Source: Spirochaetia bacterium
GTDB lineage: Bacteria; Spirochaetota; Spirochaetia; SP-2023
NCBI GenBank assembly: GCA_965263295.1
Contig: OZ253665.1
Coordinates: 896,001-960,000 of the forward strand
Reading direction: 5' to 3'
DNA length: 64,000 nt
Each line of letters opens with the position of its first letter. Position 1 is the stretch's first letter. Positions 50,785-60,644 of the stretch are shown piece after piece. The position numbers were made by a program, and so were the translations under genes. The notes beneath the pieces are model-generated. The model ran no database searches. It was not told the DNA's origin and worked only from the letters and a program-made list of their open reading frames with translations.

Positions 50785-53622
50785 TCAATCTAGGCGGAGC
50801 CATTTATTCTGGCGCACTTGCCGTACCAGTTGCCCCAAATATGGCTCATCAAATTCTGGGAAAAAATAGCAAAACCATAATTTACCGACATTACTCGCGG
50901 ACTGCCACTCTTCACTCAGCATTTGGGTACACAAAAAATAATTCTGCCAGAGCTCTGTGGCCGTTTTCAGTTCATCTGCCGGCAGACGGTTTCTCAAACG
51001 CAAAAATTCTTGCAGTTGGCGTTCCTTGGCACGTTGGGTATCCGCGAACTGTATCTGTAGATTTCCCAGGCGTTTATTGTCGAGCTGTCCGCGCAACAAT
51101 TGGCCCTGAATTTCCAACTGTAAGGCCTTAGATCGTTCATTCAAACGCAGGACATTTTGCAGGTACTCATCATATACAACAAAACTTCGGCGTCGGGAAT
51201 TGTGAATATATAGCGGCCAGGCCTGCCAAAGGCGATAACTACGCAGCAGACGGGCTGCCGCCAGGATACTCTTCTCGGTACGCATAACTTGCATCGGAGT
51301 CGCACTAGTAGTTTGACGATAGCGTTCTAACAGCCCCTGCCATACCTGGGTTACGCGCCGCAGATACGGCAGGGCTGGCACATCCCGCCCATGTGAGACA
51401 GCCGGTTCTACTGCCGGGTCGGCAGGTCTACGTTGTGGTTGTACATCCGTCCGTTGCGGCCACTGACCGGACTGCAGGCCACGGAACAACATGATACAAT
51501 ACAACTTCAACCAGTTAAGGAACCACTGGTCCTCAGCCCGCTGCTCCAAATCAGCAGCAAAAAACAGTCGTTCGTCGTCGTTCTGCGCCTTACGTTGCCT
51601 AACGTCCTCGCGCACAGCCTCTAGCTGCAAGCCTAAATCCCCATTTAAACTATTTAAAAAAATTGGGTTACTCTTGCGAAAGTTATTGTTTCCTAGCAAC
51701 TTCACGGAGATATAACCTGGCCAAAGATCTTGGGCATCGCGACTGTCAAAATAGCTTAAACTGTCCCAGTTGATCAAACGAAATAAAACCGCATCGGGTA
51801 CTACCCGCAAAAGTTCCTCAATATTTTTCTGTTGGAAAACAAGTTGTCTCAGGTCTTCAGAATTTTGCCTTTCTTGCCGCAGTGTCAGATCTACTGCCAT
51901 GGTTTTATTGAAAAGCGATCGGCTGTATGAACGATAAAATTCGTAGGCACTGCGGCTGAAAAAATTACCGAGCAAATCAATCAGGTTCAACTGCACGGCA
52001 CGCAGCAAGAAAGTTAGGAAAAATTTGTGATACGGGCGCTCCTGTTCCATTTCATGGTAAAAATAGAGTTGCAGGACCTTTTCTTGCTGCTCCTCGCTCA
52101 GCTGGTCAAATAGGCCGAGCTGTAAAGCGACAGAGACCTTCACTTGATTTTGCCGCAGAAAATCCATGTATACATGGGCAAACGGCAGCGCCTGGTGTTG
52201 AAAGTATTGTATATAAATAGTGCGTTCTGCCGGGTTCAATTCTAGACGATAAAACAGACCCAACACTTTTTCCGGCGTTGCAGCAGAATTCCGCTGACTA
52301 AGCACCGACAGAACCAAACCCAACTCACTCGGTTTGAGTTGTAAACGCTCTATTTGCCCCATAATAAAATCACTGACGGGATCCGCCGATTGCCCGGTGG
52401 CTTGCGAATCCAAAACAAAAACAGGCCACAAACTGAGCAAGCCGGCAGCCTCTTGCCTTACCGGCAGGTATTCATCGCGGATAAAATAAAATACAGAAGA
52501 CAAAAATTGCATGTAATGACGGAGCTGTAGTTCCTGCCCTTGTTCATGACCTTGCTCCTGCCTGCCCGTCTTCAGCCTGTCGCTCAACCAGGTGGCCTGC
52601 TCAAAAAGAGACTGCATAACAATAATACGCTGCTGCGCACTGGCGTGCCCCAAGGCCTGATAGTAGGCCGCATTACTCTGGGGATCATAGTTGTCAGCGG
52701 CAAACTGTCTGTCCTCCAGGTCAAACGACAAAAGATCGGCCTCGGCCATATCCTTGCCGCCGTGCAAGCGGGAGACGGGCTCCCAAAGCAAAGTATGGCT
52801 CCGAGACAAGAGCCTGGCCAAGTAACTGACTAACTCAGAACTATCGCTAAAACGCGCTATCAAGTAGCGTAGCTGCTTCCGGCTTATTTGCGCATTCAAG
52901 ATACTTGCCGCCTTGACCAGAGCACGATTAAAGCGACGAGCTGGGTCTGTAGTCTCACCTTCGACATCTCCGTCCCTGATGGCGTTTGCCTTTGCCTGTT
53001 TTGTATCAACTGTAGTAGATTTCGGGATACAACTGACTAAAGACAGCTCGGCAAATTCCGGCAACTGCCGGTAATCTGAAAATAATGCGTAACTCAACAG
53101 CCGGCGCTGCCAGGAAAGCTTCTGCTTCTGCGCAGAGAGAATATCCGTGGCCAGCTGGCGGACATTAGTCGCGGGATCCTCCAAGGCGTAAATCAGAACA
53201 TCAAAATAACGCAACTGCACGTCTTCGCGACTGCGCTGCAGTAAAGTCAAAATAGCCAGGCGAAAGCCTTGCAAGGCAGTTCGAGGTTCCTCAAAAAAGT
53301 CGATGATTAAAGGCAGATCAGCATCGCGAAGATCGCGCTGAACCTTCTCGTTCTCAATGATGCGCTGGGCATTATCCCGTACAAATGGCACCAGCGTTTG
53401 GCGCGTCAAGCTAGTGCACGCGCCAAAACTCAACGACAGGCTACAGAGTAAGGCAGAGCGGGCCAGCTTCCAGCTCAAAGCCCAAACTCCACGCCGGACA
53501 AAAAAATTTCTATGGCTGTTCCTGCAAGACACCAGGTGTATTCTCTGCATCGGCTGAAGGCGTGATACCACTTGGCAAACGGCTCTGCAGTATCTGGCCT
53601 TGCAGGTTTGCCGGCAAGGCAT
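50785..53622 (-). CDS. Large alpha-helical protein with HEAT-like repeats, possible lipoprotein
   Basis: ALEDPATNVRQLA and IRDEYLPVRQEAA; LSFGAC lipobox-like; true start likely downstream of 53622. Confidence 0.6.
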   Translation of the reverse strand: MPCRQTCKARYCRAVCQVVSRLQPMQRIHLVSCRNSHRNFFVRRGVWALSWKLARSALLCSLSLSFGACTSLTRQTLVPFVRDNAQRIIENEKVQRDLRDADLPLIIDFFEEPRTALQGFRLAILTLLQRSREDVQLRYFDVLIYALEDPATNVRQLATDILSAQKQKLSWQRRLLSYALFSDYRQLPEFAELSLVSCIPKSTTVDTKQAKANAIRDGDVEGETTDPARRFNRALVKAASILNAQISRKQLRYLIARFSDSSELVSYLARLLSRSHTLLWEPVSRLHGGKDMAEADLLSFDLEDRQFAADNYDPQSNAAYYQALGHASAQQRIIVMQSLFEQATWLSDRLKTGRQEQGHEQGQELQLRHYMQFLSSVFYFIRDEYLPVRQEAAGLLSLWPVFVLDSQATGQSADPVSDFIMGQIERLQLKPSELGLVLSVLSQRNSAATPEKVLGLFYRLELNPAERTIYIQYFQHQALPFAHVYMDFLRQNQVKVSVALQLGLFDQLSEEQQEKVLQLYFYHEMEQERPYHKFFLTFLLRAVQLNLIDLLGNFFSRSAYEFYRSYSRSLFNKTMAVDLTLRQERQNSEDLRQLVFQQKNIEELLRVVPDAVLFRLINWDSLSYFDSRDAQDLWPGYISVKLLGNNNFRKSNPIFLNSLNGDLGLQLEAVREDVRQRKAQNDDERLFFAADLEQRAEDQWFLNWLKLYCIMLFRGLQSGQWPQRTDVQPQRRPADPAVEPAVSHGRDVPALPYLRRVTQVWQGLLERYRQTTSATPMQVMRTEKSILAAARLLRSYRLWQAWPLYIHNSRRRSFVVYDEYLQNVLRLNERSKALQLEIQGQLLRGQLDNKRLGNLQIQFADTQRAKERQLQEFLRLRNRLPADELKTATELWQNYFLCTQMLSEEWQSASNVGKLWFCYFFPEFDEPYLGQLVRQVRQNKWLRLD

Positions 53623-54550
53623 CGCCTTGAGTCACGGCAAAATACTGAATTAGAATGGGATGTTGAGTCAGGATTTCTCCCAGACGTTCAATGTTCTGTA
53701 GATACAATTCCTGAGCAATACGGCTGTTTTGCTGCTGCAACAATTGCGCCAGAGATTCGCTCGACAATTGTTGCAAAAGCTCATGATAGGCCTGTTTGAC
53801 TTCAGAGTAGAGCCATAAGTCCGGCTGTTGGTAACGGCGGACATCGACAGATAATACGTCCAGCTGTGGGAACCCCTGCCCCAGCTCGTGGCCTAGATAA
53901 TTCTCCACAGTTTGAATATCTGTCCCGGCCCCTTGCTTGGTTGTGCTAGAATCAGCAAACATATTCTGCAACTCCAAATCCAATCTTTCATGCAATTTAG
54001 TTCGCAGGCGCTGAGCCAAATCCCGCAAGCCTTCATCGACGCCCCCGACTAGTTTAGAGAGCAATGTGCTTGCACTTTGATTCGGGGCTGCCGAAGTAAA
54101 GTCATTCGCCGGATTCGACACATAAGCCAGTAATTCCTCCGCCCGGTATCGATACCGAAGCGTCAACTCCAGATGAAAAACAAAGGGATTTGTTTCCTCG
54201 CTGCGATCAACTAGGCTTTCATTACTCAGGCGAGGCAAGAGAATCTGGTAATTCTCTGCCGAAGGCAGGCGATAATGTTGGCTAAAGTGCAATTCCTGGA
54301 CTTCGTTGGGAACCGCCACAAAATCGACGTTGGCGGGCAGCCAGTTTTGCCAACTAATATAATATTGCTTTGGCTGTAAAATTTGTTCCTGAAAACCGTT
54401 AAACTTGGTATGAACAAAGTACAATTTACCGCGATCAGACGGAGCCGAGCGAACCGCGCGATAGCCTATAAAGCCAAATATAGCTAGCCACAAGAGCCAC
54501 ACTATGCTACCCAACAAAGGGTTTCTTTTTGCCCTTACTTGTTTTCCCAC
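53510..54550 (-). CDS. Membrane-anchored hypothetical protein, distant SPFH/band-7-like
   Basis: N-terminal TM, HTKFNG...W..LP, C-terminal GEILTQHPILIQY; co-oriented with the HEAT-like gene. Confidence 0.55.
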   Translation of the reverse strand: MGKQVRAKRNPLLGSIVWLLWLAIFGFIGYRAVRSAPSDRGKLYFVHTKFNGFQEQILQPKQYYISWQNWLPANVDFVAVPNEVQELHFSQHYRLPSAENYQILLPRLSNESLVDRSEETNPFVFHLELTLRYRYRAEELLAYVSNPANDFTSAAPNQSASTLLSKLVGGVDEGLRDLAQRLRTKLHERLDLELQNMFADSSTTKQGAGTDIQTVENYLGHELGQGFPQLDVLSVDVRRYQQPDLWLYSEVKQAYHELLQQLSSESLAQLLQQQNSRIAQELYLQNIERLGEILTQHPILIQYFAVTQGDALPANLQGQILQSRLPSGITPSADAENTPGVLQEQP

Positions 54551-54664
54551 TAGATCAACCTAATCTTATTGATTCTGGCACAGCGAGCGACGGCGTCGAG
54601 TTCCCTTCTCCCCAGGCTGGCCCTGCAAGCCCACAAAATTGTATGCCGGCAGAGCACGCCCAGG

Positions 54665-57600
54665 TCAGCGCCCGTCGTCGGCTTTTACCCCTTTCCAGTT
54701 GGCGTCGTCAAAAATATTGAAATTATACAGCTCATACTGGCTATGGATGTAAAATTGCCTGTCATTGCCGGCCAGCTCCTCGCCGCGCACGACACCCTCA
54801 ACAACATATAGCGACACAGGTTGACTGCGCACAGGTTTGAGCTTTTTACCGCTGTACGGGTTGTGGGTTATGCCAAAATCGGGCAAGAACTCTGAAGGCA
54901 AATCAGCCGTGGTGCGGAATTCATTTGAGGTCTGCAGCGGGCCACGAGCGCCAATTTTTTTGCGCATGTAAAGACTATGCCAGCTACCTTTGCCCCTATG
55001 CCAATTATTTTTACCCCGCGATCCCGGAAGGCCCTGCACGGCAAAGCTAGGGTCATAGTGTGACGAGCCATGATCTGAAACCAAATAAATTTCACTGTTG
55101 TCATACAGATCCAGTTCTTTCAGCTTATCAAGGCAATCAGCGACTAGCTGTAAAGTTTCATAGTCCGCCAAATATATCGTAGATAAATCCTTATTGCCAT
55201 TTTGCTCATCGATCTCACGAAACTTTGGCGGCACTGTGGGCAACGGAAAACGGAAATTATCTGGATTGCCAAAATAATTTTGGGCATCGACAAAACCAGT
55301 ATTGTGAGGAAACTGATTGTGATACAAAACATAGCTGCCCTGTGGCCCGGCGCCAGGTTCAAATATCTCACTCAGACTCAATAACTCAATATAAGTTTTC
55401 CAAAAAGCGACCGTGGCCCAGAGGCTGGAATCCCCCAGCAAACCCATCCATTTACCATGATTGTAAATTTTCTGGCGAAACATGGGGCCAAACGCCTGAA
55501 ACAAACCCAACAGGCTCAGAAAATTCTGCCATTCCAGCACGGCCTCCCCGCCGCGAGCCAGCTCGGGGCGGGGCAGTAAATCATAGTCATTCCGGCTATG
55601 CACAACCTGAACCCCTTCCTCCCGCAGGCGTTTTTCCATGGCCCCGCGAGCGCGCGGCACAATCACATAATCGACGTTTAAAAAATAAGAGGCAAAATCC
55701 TGATCGCCAAAACGCTCCTTGAAGGCTTTGGGTACCATGGTAAAAGCTTCAATTAAATCCACCGCAAGGGGCCTGTCATTGGCGTTCATCGCAGTCACGG
55801 TATATTCGCTACCGCCCACTATCGGATGGAAGCCACCATAGGTCCGCTGGGCCTGGGAGACAACGTTGGGATAATAAATAAAACCATCGAGACGCTCGGC
55901 AAGTGTCGGGTCATCTCGCAGGATTTCTGGAACGTAGCCGCCCATGACTTTGTCGAGCATTAAAACGATGACATTGCGGCCTTCGCGACTGAGCTGGATC
56001 TTCGGCACCTCACCGAGGCTTTCAACGGGGCTTTCATCGCGGCCCCAGCGGTCGTCCTGGCTGTGACGCCCTCGTTGCGGCCCGCTGCTATCGACGGCCA
56101 ACTCGCTGCGAAATTTAGCCACTTTGTACAGGTTACTGCCAATTACAATTAAATGAAAACCAAGGATCACTAACAAGAGGCGGTCCAAAGGCGGCCATTT
56201 ATTCGTGTTTTCGAATGCAAAGCCCTTAGAGTGCCGCAGCAAGTAAGCGGCAAATATGAGCAGCAGCAAAGCGGCCAACAGCAAGGCACTTGCCCCCACA
56301 GAATTGGCGCTTATATGCAACTGATTGCGAAAAGTGGTAAATTCCATTGGCCCGTAGTTGCCGGGAAGCAACAGCACGTTGACGCTGAAAAACCAAGCTC
56401 CCGCTGCGGCGAGACCAGAGATGTAGTAGCGCAATGCCAGCGGCAGGATCAAATATATTAGCGCGAATAGCACTGCAGACAGCAAGCAGAAGAGCAGCAA
56501 GCTGAAGGTCAGCGAGACAAAATTGCTGTTGCCCTCAAAAGTTGCCGGATCGCTGGCGATGGCCCGGGCCGGCGCCGTCCAGAAAATGCCGACAAAAATA
56601 CAAGCCAGGGCCAAAATATACAGACGAAAGCTGCTGGAGTTCAAACGCGCTTCCGCGCCCGAATTACGGAATGAGGAATTCCGGAATCGAAAACTCCAGC
56701 TCCAAGGCCGGCAGTCTGCGCGATACGGGCCTAAACTTGAAGGCCAGAGCCAGGCCTCCTTCCCCGCCAAAGCGAGGGCCACGACGATAGCGCCAAAGGC
56801 CAACAAGCAAGCCAGAGGGCGAAGCTCTTGGGCCCGCCGTGACAAAGCCACAGACTGCAATAAGGCATCGTTGTCCGCTTTTCCAACCATTAAAGAGGCC
56901 AGCTTCGCCTGCTGCCCCAGATATAACAAATATATAATTGCCGCGGCACAGCCCAACAAGGCCAGCAATTGGCAGGCTTGCAGACCGTTGTGCACAAGTC
57001 TTTTTGCGGAGCTTGCAGGCCTTGTTGACACCGCGAGAAATCGTTGTAAAAGAAAATAAAACACGCCCAAATAAAATAGCAAAAATAAAGCAATATTAAT
57101 CGACAGAATCGGCAGTGCTTTATCCTTGTCACTTTCAATAAAATAGCGAGTTCCCAGAAAAAGAGCGAAGAATAGCAAGCCCAAATGTAGCGCACGGGAA
57201 CCAGGACTGCGCCAGTAGCGCAGCAGATTCTGCGCCCTCAACTGCGGTATGCGGAGAGAACGCCCGGCGCGCCAAGTCTGCCAAAGGTTTTTCAGCAGAG
57301 AAAATACATTGTTCATGCTCCAATAAAACACAAGGGCCGCAGGTTGCCGATACAACAGAACTAGAAACAACACTGGCAGCAGCCAAATCCTTGAGCGTTC
57401 TTCTTGCGTCTGGGCGTGGTAAGCGGCCGCGAATAGATTGATCAATGTCATAATCAGGGGCAACAAATTGACGCTGATACCCGCAAACTGCAACAGCCCA
57501 TCTGGCTGGGAAAGGTCTCCCAGAATATTGCCGGGCCCTGCCGGCAGCCCAGAAAAAGCCTCAAAGTGATGCAACATCTGGTAGGCCGCGATAAAAACCG

Positions 57601-57916
57601 GCACCTGCACAGCCAGGCCAAAGAGCCCGACCAAACTGTATAGAGGGTTATAGCCGTGACGCCGATATATCTCGCGAGTATAAAAATACTTACGATTGCC
57701 GCTCGGCAGTGCCGCGACAGAATCGAGTTCAGGTTGCATCAGGGCCTTGCGCTGCCTTTCGCGGGCCGAGAGCATGTCGCCAAACTGGTACAATGGCAAC
57801 ATGATGGCAAAAACGCTGAGACTGAGGAGTGTCAAAGCCAGAAGAGGGCCGCTAAAATTAAGATAAATATTCAGCAAACCCTCAAGGAAAGATATTAAGG
57901 TATTGATAATGAACAT
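54665..57916 (-). CDS. YidC/Oxa1-domain protein fused to TM region and LTA-synthase/sulfatase-like domain
   Basis: N-terminal MLPLY...MQPEL...GYNP...QVPVFIA...DLSQPD...NLLPLIM...PAALVFYWSMNNVFS; C-terminal MLDK, QRTYGG, FPH, SDHG. Confidence 0.85.
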   Translation of the reverse strand: MFIINTLISFLEGLLNIYLNFSGPLLALTLLSLSVFAIMLPLYQFGDMLSARERQRKALMQPELDSVAALPSGNRKYFYTREIYRRHGYNPLYSLVGLFGLAVQVPVFIAAYQMLHHFEAFSGLPAGPGNILGDLSQPDGLLQFAGISVNLLPLIMTLINLFAAAYHAQTQEERSRIWLLPVLFLVLLYRQPAALVFYWSMNNVFSLLKNLWQTWRAGRSLRIPQLRAQNLLRYWRSPGSRALHLGLLFFALFLGTRYFIESDKDKALPILSINIALFLLFYLGVFYFLLQRFLAVSTRPASSAKRLVHNGLQACQLLALLGCAAAIIYLLYLGQQAKLASLMVGKADNDALLQSVALSRRAQELRPLACLLAFGAIVVALALAGKEAWLWPSSLGPYRADCRPWSWSFRFRNSSFRNSGAEARLNSSSFRLYILALACIFVGIFWTAPARAIASDPATFEGNSNFVSLTFSLLLFCLLSAVLFALIYLILPLALRYYISGLAAAGAWFFSVNVLLLPGNYGPMEFTTFRNQLHISANSVGASALLLAALLLLIFAAYLLRHSKGFAFENTNKWPPLDRLLLVILGFHLIVIGSNLYKVAKFRSELAVDSSGPQRGRHSQDDRWGRDESPVESLGEVPKIQLSREGRNVIVLMLDKVMGGYVPEILRDDPTLAERLDGFIYYPNVVSQAQRTYGGFHPIVGGSEYTVTAMNANDRPLAVDLIEAFTMVPKAFKERFGDQDFASYFLNVDYVIVPRARGAMEKRLREEGVQVVHSRNDYDLLPRPELARGGEAVLEWQNFLSLLGLFQAFGPMFRQKIYNHGKWMGLLGDSSLWATVAFWKTYIELLSLSEIFEPGAGPQGSYVLYHNQFPHNTGFVDAQNYFGNPDNFRFPLPTVPPKFREIDEQNGNKDLSTIYLADYETLQLVADCLDKLKELDLYDNSEIYLVSDHGSSHYDPSFAVQGLPGSRGKNNWHRGKGSWHSLYMRKKIGARGPLQTSNEFRTTADLPSEFLPDFGITHNPYSGKKLKPVRSQPVSLYVVEGVVRGEELAGNDRQFYIHSQYELYNFNIFDDANWKGVKADDGR

Positions 57917-57952
57917 TATAAAAAGATCTTTCTTAGACCAGGTTAGACCAGT

Positions 57953-59107
57953 TTAGTTTAGGTAACGCAGCTTGAGAATGCCGGCAGTGGCTTCCAGCTC
58001 CTGTAAAGTCTGCAAACTGGGGGCAGCATCGACATCGACAATCGTGTAGGCGAAGTCACCACGATGGCGGTTGTTCAGCTCCTGTATGTTTAATTTCTGT
58101 TTGGCCAAAATTGAAGAAATCTGCCCCAGCATGTTGGGAACATTTTCATGAGTGAAAGTCAGGCGGTGTTCTGTCTCGCGCTCAAGTTCGCAATCGGGGT
58201 AATTAACCGAGTTGCGAATATTGCCGTGGAGCAGAAAACGGGAGAGTTGATCACATGCCATGACGGCGCAATTTTCTTCGGCCTCTGGCGTGGAAGCCCC
58301 TAAGTGAGGAAAGCTAATCGCACCTGCGAGCCCCTTGAACACAGGGCTGGGAAAGTCTGAAACATAGTAGCTGATTGCGCCGGAATTCAGGGCCTCGGAC
58401 ACAGCGCTTTCGTCGACCAGCTCGGCGCGGGCAAAGTTGATCAGGCGGGCTCCCCATTTGATGGACTCAATGTTTTCAGCCCGCAGCAGCCCCCTAGTTT
58501 GCGCCGATAACGACAGGTGTAGGCTGATGTAGTCGGACTGCTTCAATACGCCCTCAATGTCTTCAAATAATTGCATGCCTTTCGTCAATTTGAGGGCATT
58601 TTTTACCGAAAGAAACGGGTCGTAACCAATTACGTTCATGCCCAGAGCATCGGCGGCATTGGCCACCAAAGAACCTATGGCCCCCAAGCCAATAATACCT
58701 AAAGTCTTACCCGATATTTCGGGGCCGGCAAACATCTTTTTACCGGCTTCAACCGCCGTGGAGTCCGTTGTCGCAAGTTGCTCAAGCCACTGGATACTCT
58801 GAGCCAACTTGCGTGATGAAAGCAACATGGCGCAGATGACCAGCTCTTTTACACTGTTGGCGTTGGCACCGGGCGTATTAAAGACGACAATACCTCGTCT
58901 GGCGCATTCATCCACGGGGATATTATTCGTTCCAGCTCCGGCGCGGGCAATGCCGCAAACACTGGCCTCGATTTCACTACCCTGCAATTTGTGACTGCGT
59001 AGCAAAAGGGCATGAGCCGGGGTCTCGCTCCTTGAATGCCCAATAGCAGGAGGCAAACGATTCAATCCTTTTGCCGAGATATTGTTGTAGTAGCGGATAT
59101 TGTACAT
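57953..59107 (-). CDS. serA: D-3-phosphoglycerate dehydrogenase with ACT domain
   Basis: RAGAGTNNIP, NTPGANANSV, GLGAIG, PHLGASTPEAE, HENVPNMLG. Confidence 0.92.
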   Translation of the reverse strand: MYNIRYYNNISAKGLNRLPPAIGHSRSETPAHALLLRSHKLQGSEIEASVCGIARAGAGTNNIPVDECARRGIVVFNTPGANANSVKELVICAMLLSSRKLAQSIQWLEQLATTDSTAVEAGKKMFAGPEISGKTLGIIGLGAIGSLVANAADALGMNVIGYDPFLSVKNALKLTKGMQLFEDIEGVLKQSDYISLHLSLSAQTRGLLRAENIESIKWGARLINFARAELVDESAVSEALNSGAISYYVSDFPSPVFKGLAGAISFPHLGASTPEAEENCAVMACDQLSRFLLHGNIRNSVNYPDCELERETEHRLTFTHENVPNMLGQISSILAKQKLNIQELNNRHRGDFAYTIVDVDAAPSLQTLQELEATAGILKLRYLN

Positions 59108-59606
59108 GGAATACCTTTAGACTGAAATTTAAATGCAGAAATTCAAATATGGCAAATGTAGTAAAAAACTTATTGAGGTGCAAGATTCAGAGCGGGCCTA
59201 CTTTTTAGAAGATACTTTTTTGATTGTCTGAGCTGAATGCATTTACTGTTGTCGAGTTCTAGACAGCGAAATCTTGCGGGTCAAAAAACCATGGGAAATC
59301 AGTAAAACCATAAAAAACCACGGCCTGTGCCTTGTGCAAATAATTTTTAATTGCAGTATAAAACACCTAAGCTTCTACTGGATAATTTCTACTCGGTTTT
59401 GAAGATATGGGCGCCATTGATGATTGAGGCTTTAGAGCAAGAGCTGTGGAAATATGTTTGCGTAGCCAGCAGCTGGCAGCATAGTTATTGCACATGGCGG
59501 GATTATTACGCCAATCGGCGAGCTGTGCCCCGAAGAATATTTTTACTTACTTAATATTGACTTAAATTAGACTTGAGAGATATTCACAAAAGAGGAGCGT
59601 AGAAGA

Positions 59607-60536
59607 ATGCGCGAGCATTATAAATGTTTGGGGATAAAATACCGTCGCTCTATCGCCACCTACTTATTGGGTGCCATGCACTTGCTGGCTGCGGTTTTAA
59701 TTGGCCTCTTTGGGGCGCTTGGGGCGCTGGATGCGGAAGAAGGACACAATTCAATTCAGACCGATACAAAGCGGACTCTCGGTAGGCAGGGAAGAACGGC
59801 TGTCGTTGCCGGACGAGCTTCTTCGACGGCTTCACAGATATCAGCTACCGTGCCAGAGGCCGTATCAAGCCAGCCCAAGCGCCAGGATGGCCTGAGTGTC
59901 GGAATGTTTCAAAAAGGTCAAGCTTCATTCTATGCCGATAAGTTTCACGGTCGGCGCACCGCTAGCGGCGAAATTTTTGATATGAATGCCATGACGGCAG
60001 CACATAGAACTTTACCATTTGGCACGGTAGTCTCTGTCGCCAACCAGGCCAATGGCAGAACTGCGGAATTGCGCATTAACGACCGCGGGCCATACGTAGC
60101 TGGACGTATTATTGATGTTTCAGCGAAGGCCGCCGGAATTTTAGGGATGAAGGGACTGGGGGTTGTGCCAGTTGAAATGGTTATTGTATCCCTACCACCA
60201 GAACGCAGCGTAAAAACTAATAACCCGATTAAAAAGTTAGGGGCCCCGGTACAAAAAGTAAAAAACAAAAAAGTAGAAAGTAAAGCAGAGCTTTCGGGCA
60301 AAGGCAATATGCCTCGGCAGCGACGGTTCGCCATTCAGATTGCGAGTTACCAAAACTTGAAATATGCCCAAAGAAATCGTGAACGTCTCGAAACCGCCGG
60401 TATTCCGGTCCATTTTGAAAAGCATGGCGAATATCATCGCCTGATTATTGTAAACTTAAACAGAGAGCAAGTAGAATATTATCGTGCGGAGCTAGCTCGC
60501 CTGGGTGTCCGCAATGTGTTAGTGCGCCAAGAATAA
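59607..60536 (+). CDS. rlpA: Septal ring lytic transglycosylase RlpA with SPOR domain
   Basis: ASFY..KFHGRRTASGE, TAAHRTLPFGT, INDRGPY, IQIASY. Confidence 0.92.
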   Translation: MREHYKCLGIKYRRSIATYLLGAMHLLAAVLIGLFGALGALDAEEGHNSIQTDTKRTLGRQGRTAVVAGRASSTASQISATVPEAVSSQPKRQDGLSVGMFQKGQASFYADKFHGRRTASGEIFDMNAMTAAHRTLPFGTVVSVANQANGRTAELRINDRGPYVAGRIIDVSAKAAGILGMKGLGVVPVEMVIVSLPPERSVKTNNPIKKLGAPVQKVKNKKVESKAELSGKGNMPRQRRFAIQIASYQNLKYAQRNRERLETAGIPVHFEKHGEYHRLIIVNLNREQVEYYRAELARLGVRNVLVRQE

Positions 60537-60644
60537 AGTTAAAAGAAAGTTAAAATAAAACAGAAAATCCCTTTACACCGGCTGGCCCGTGTCGTTTCAT
60601 TGTGGTTGGGTCTCAAGGTTCCTGCTGTTTCCCCAATTGTTTTA

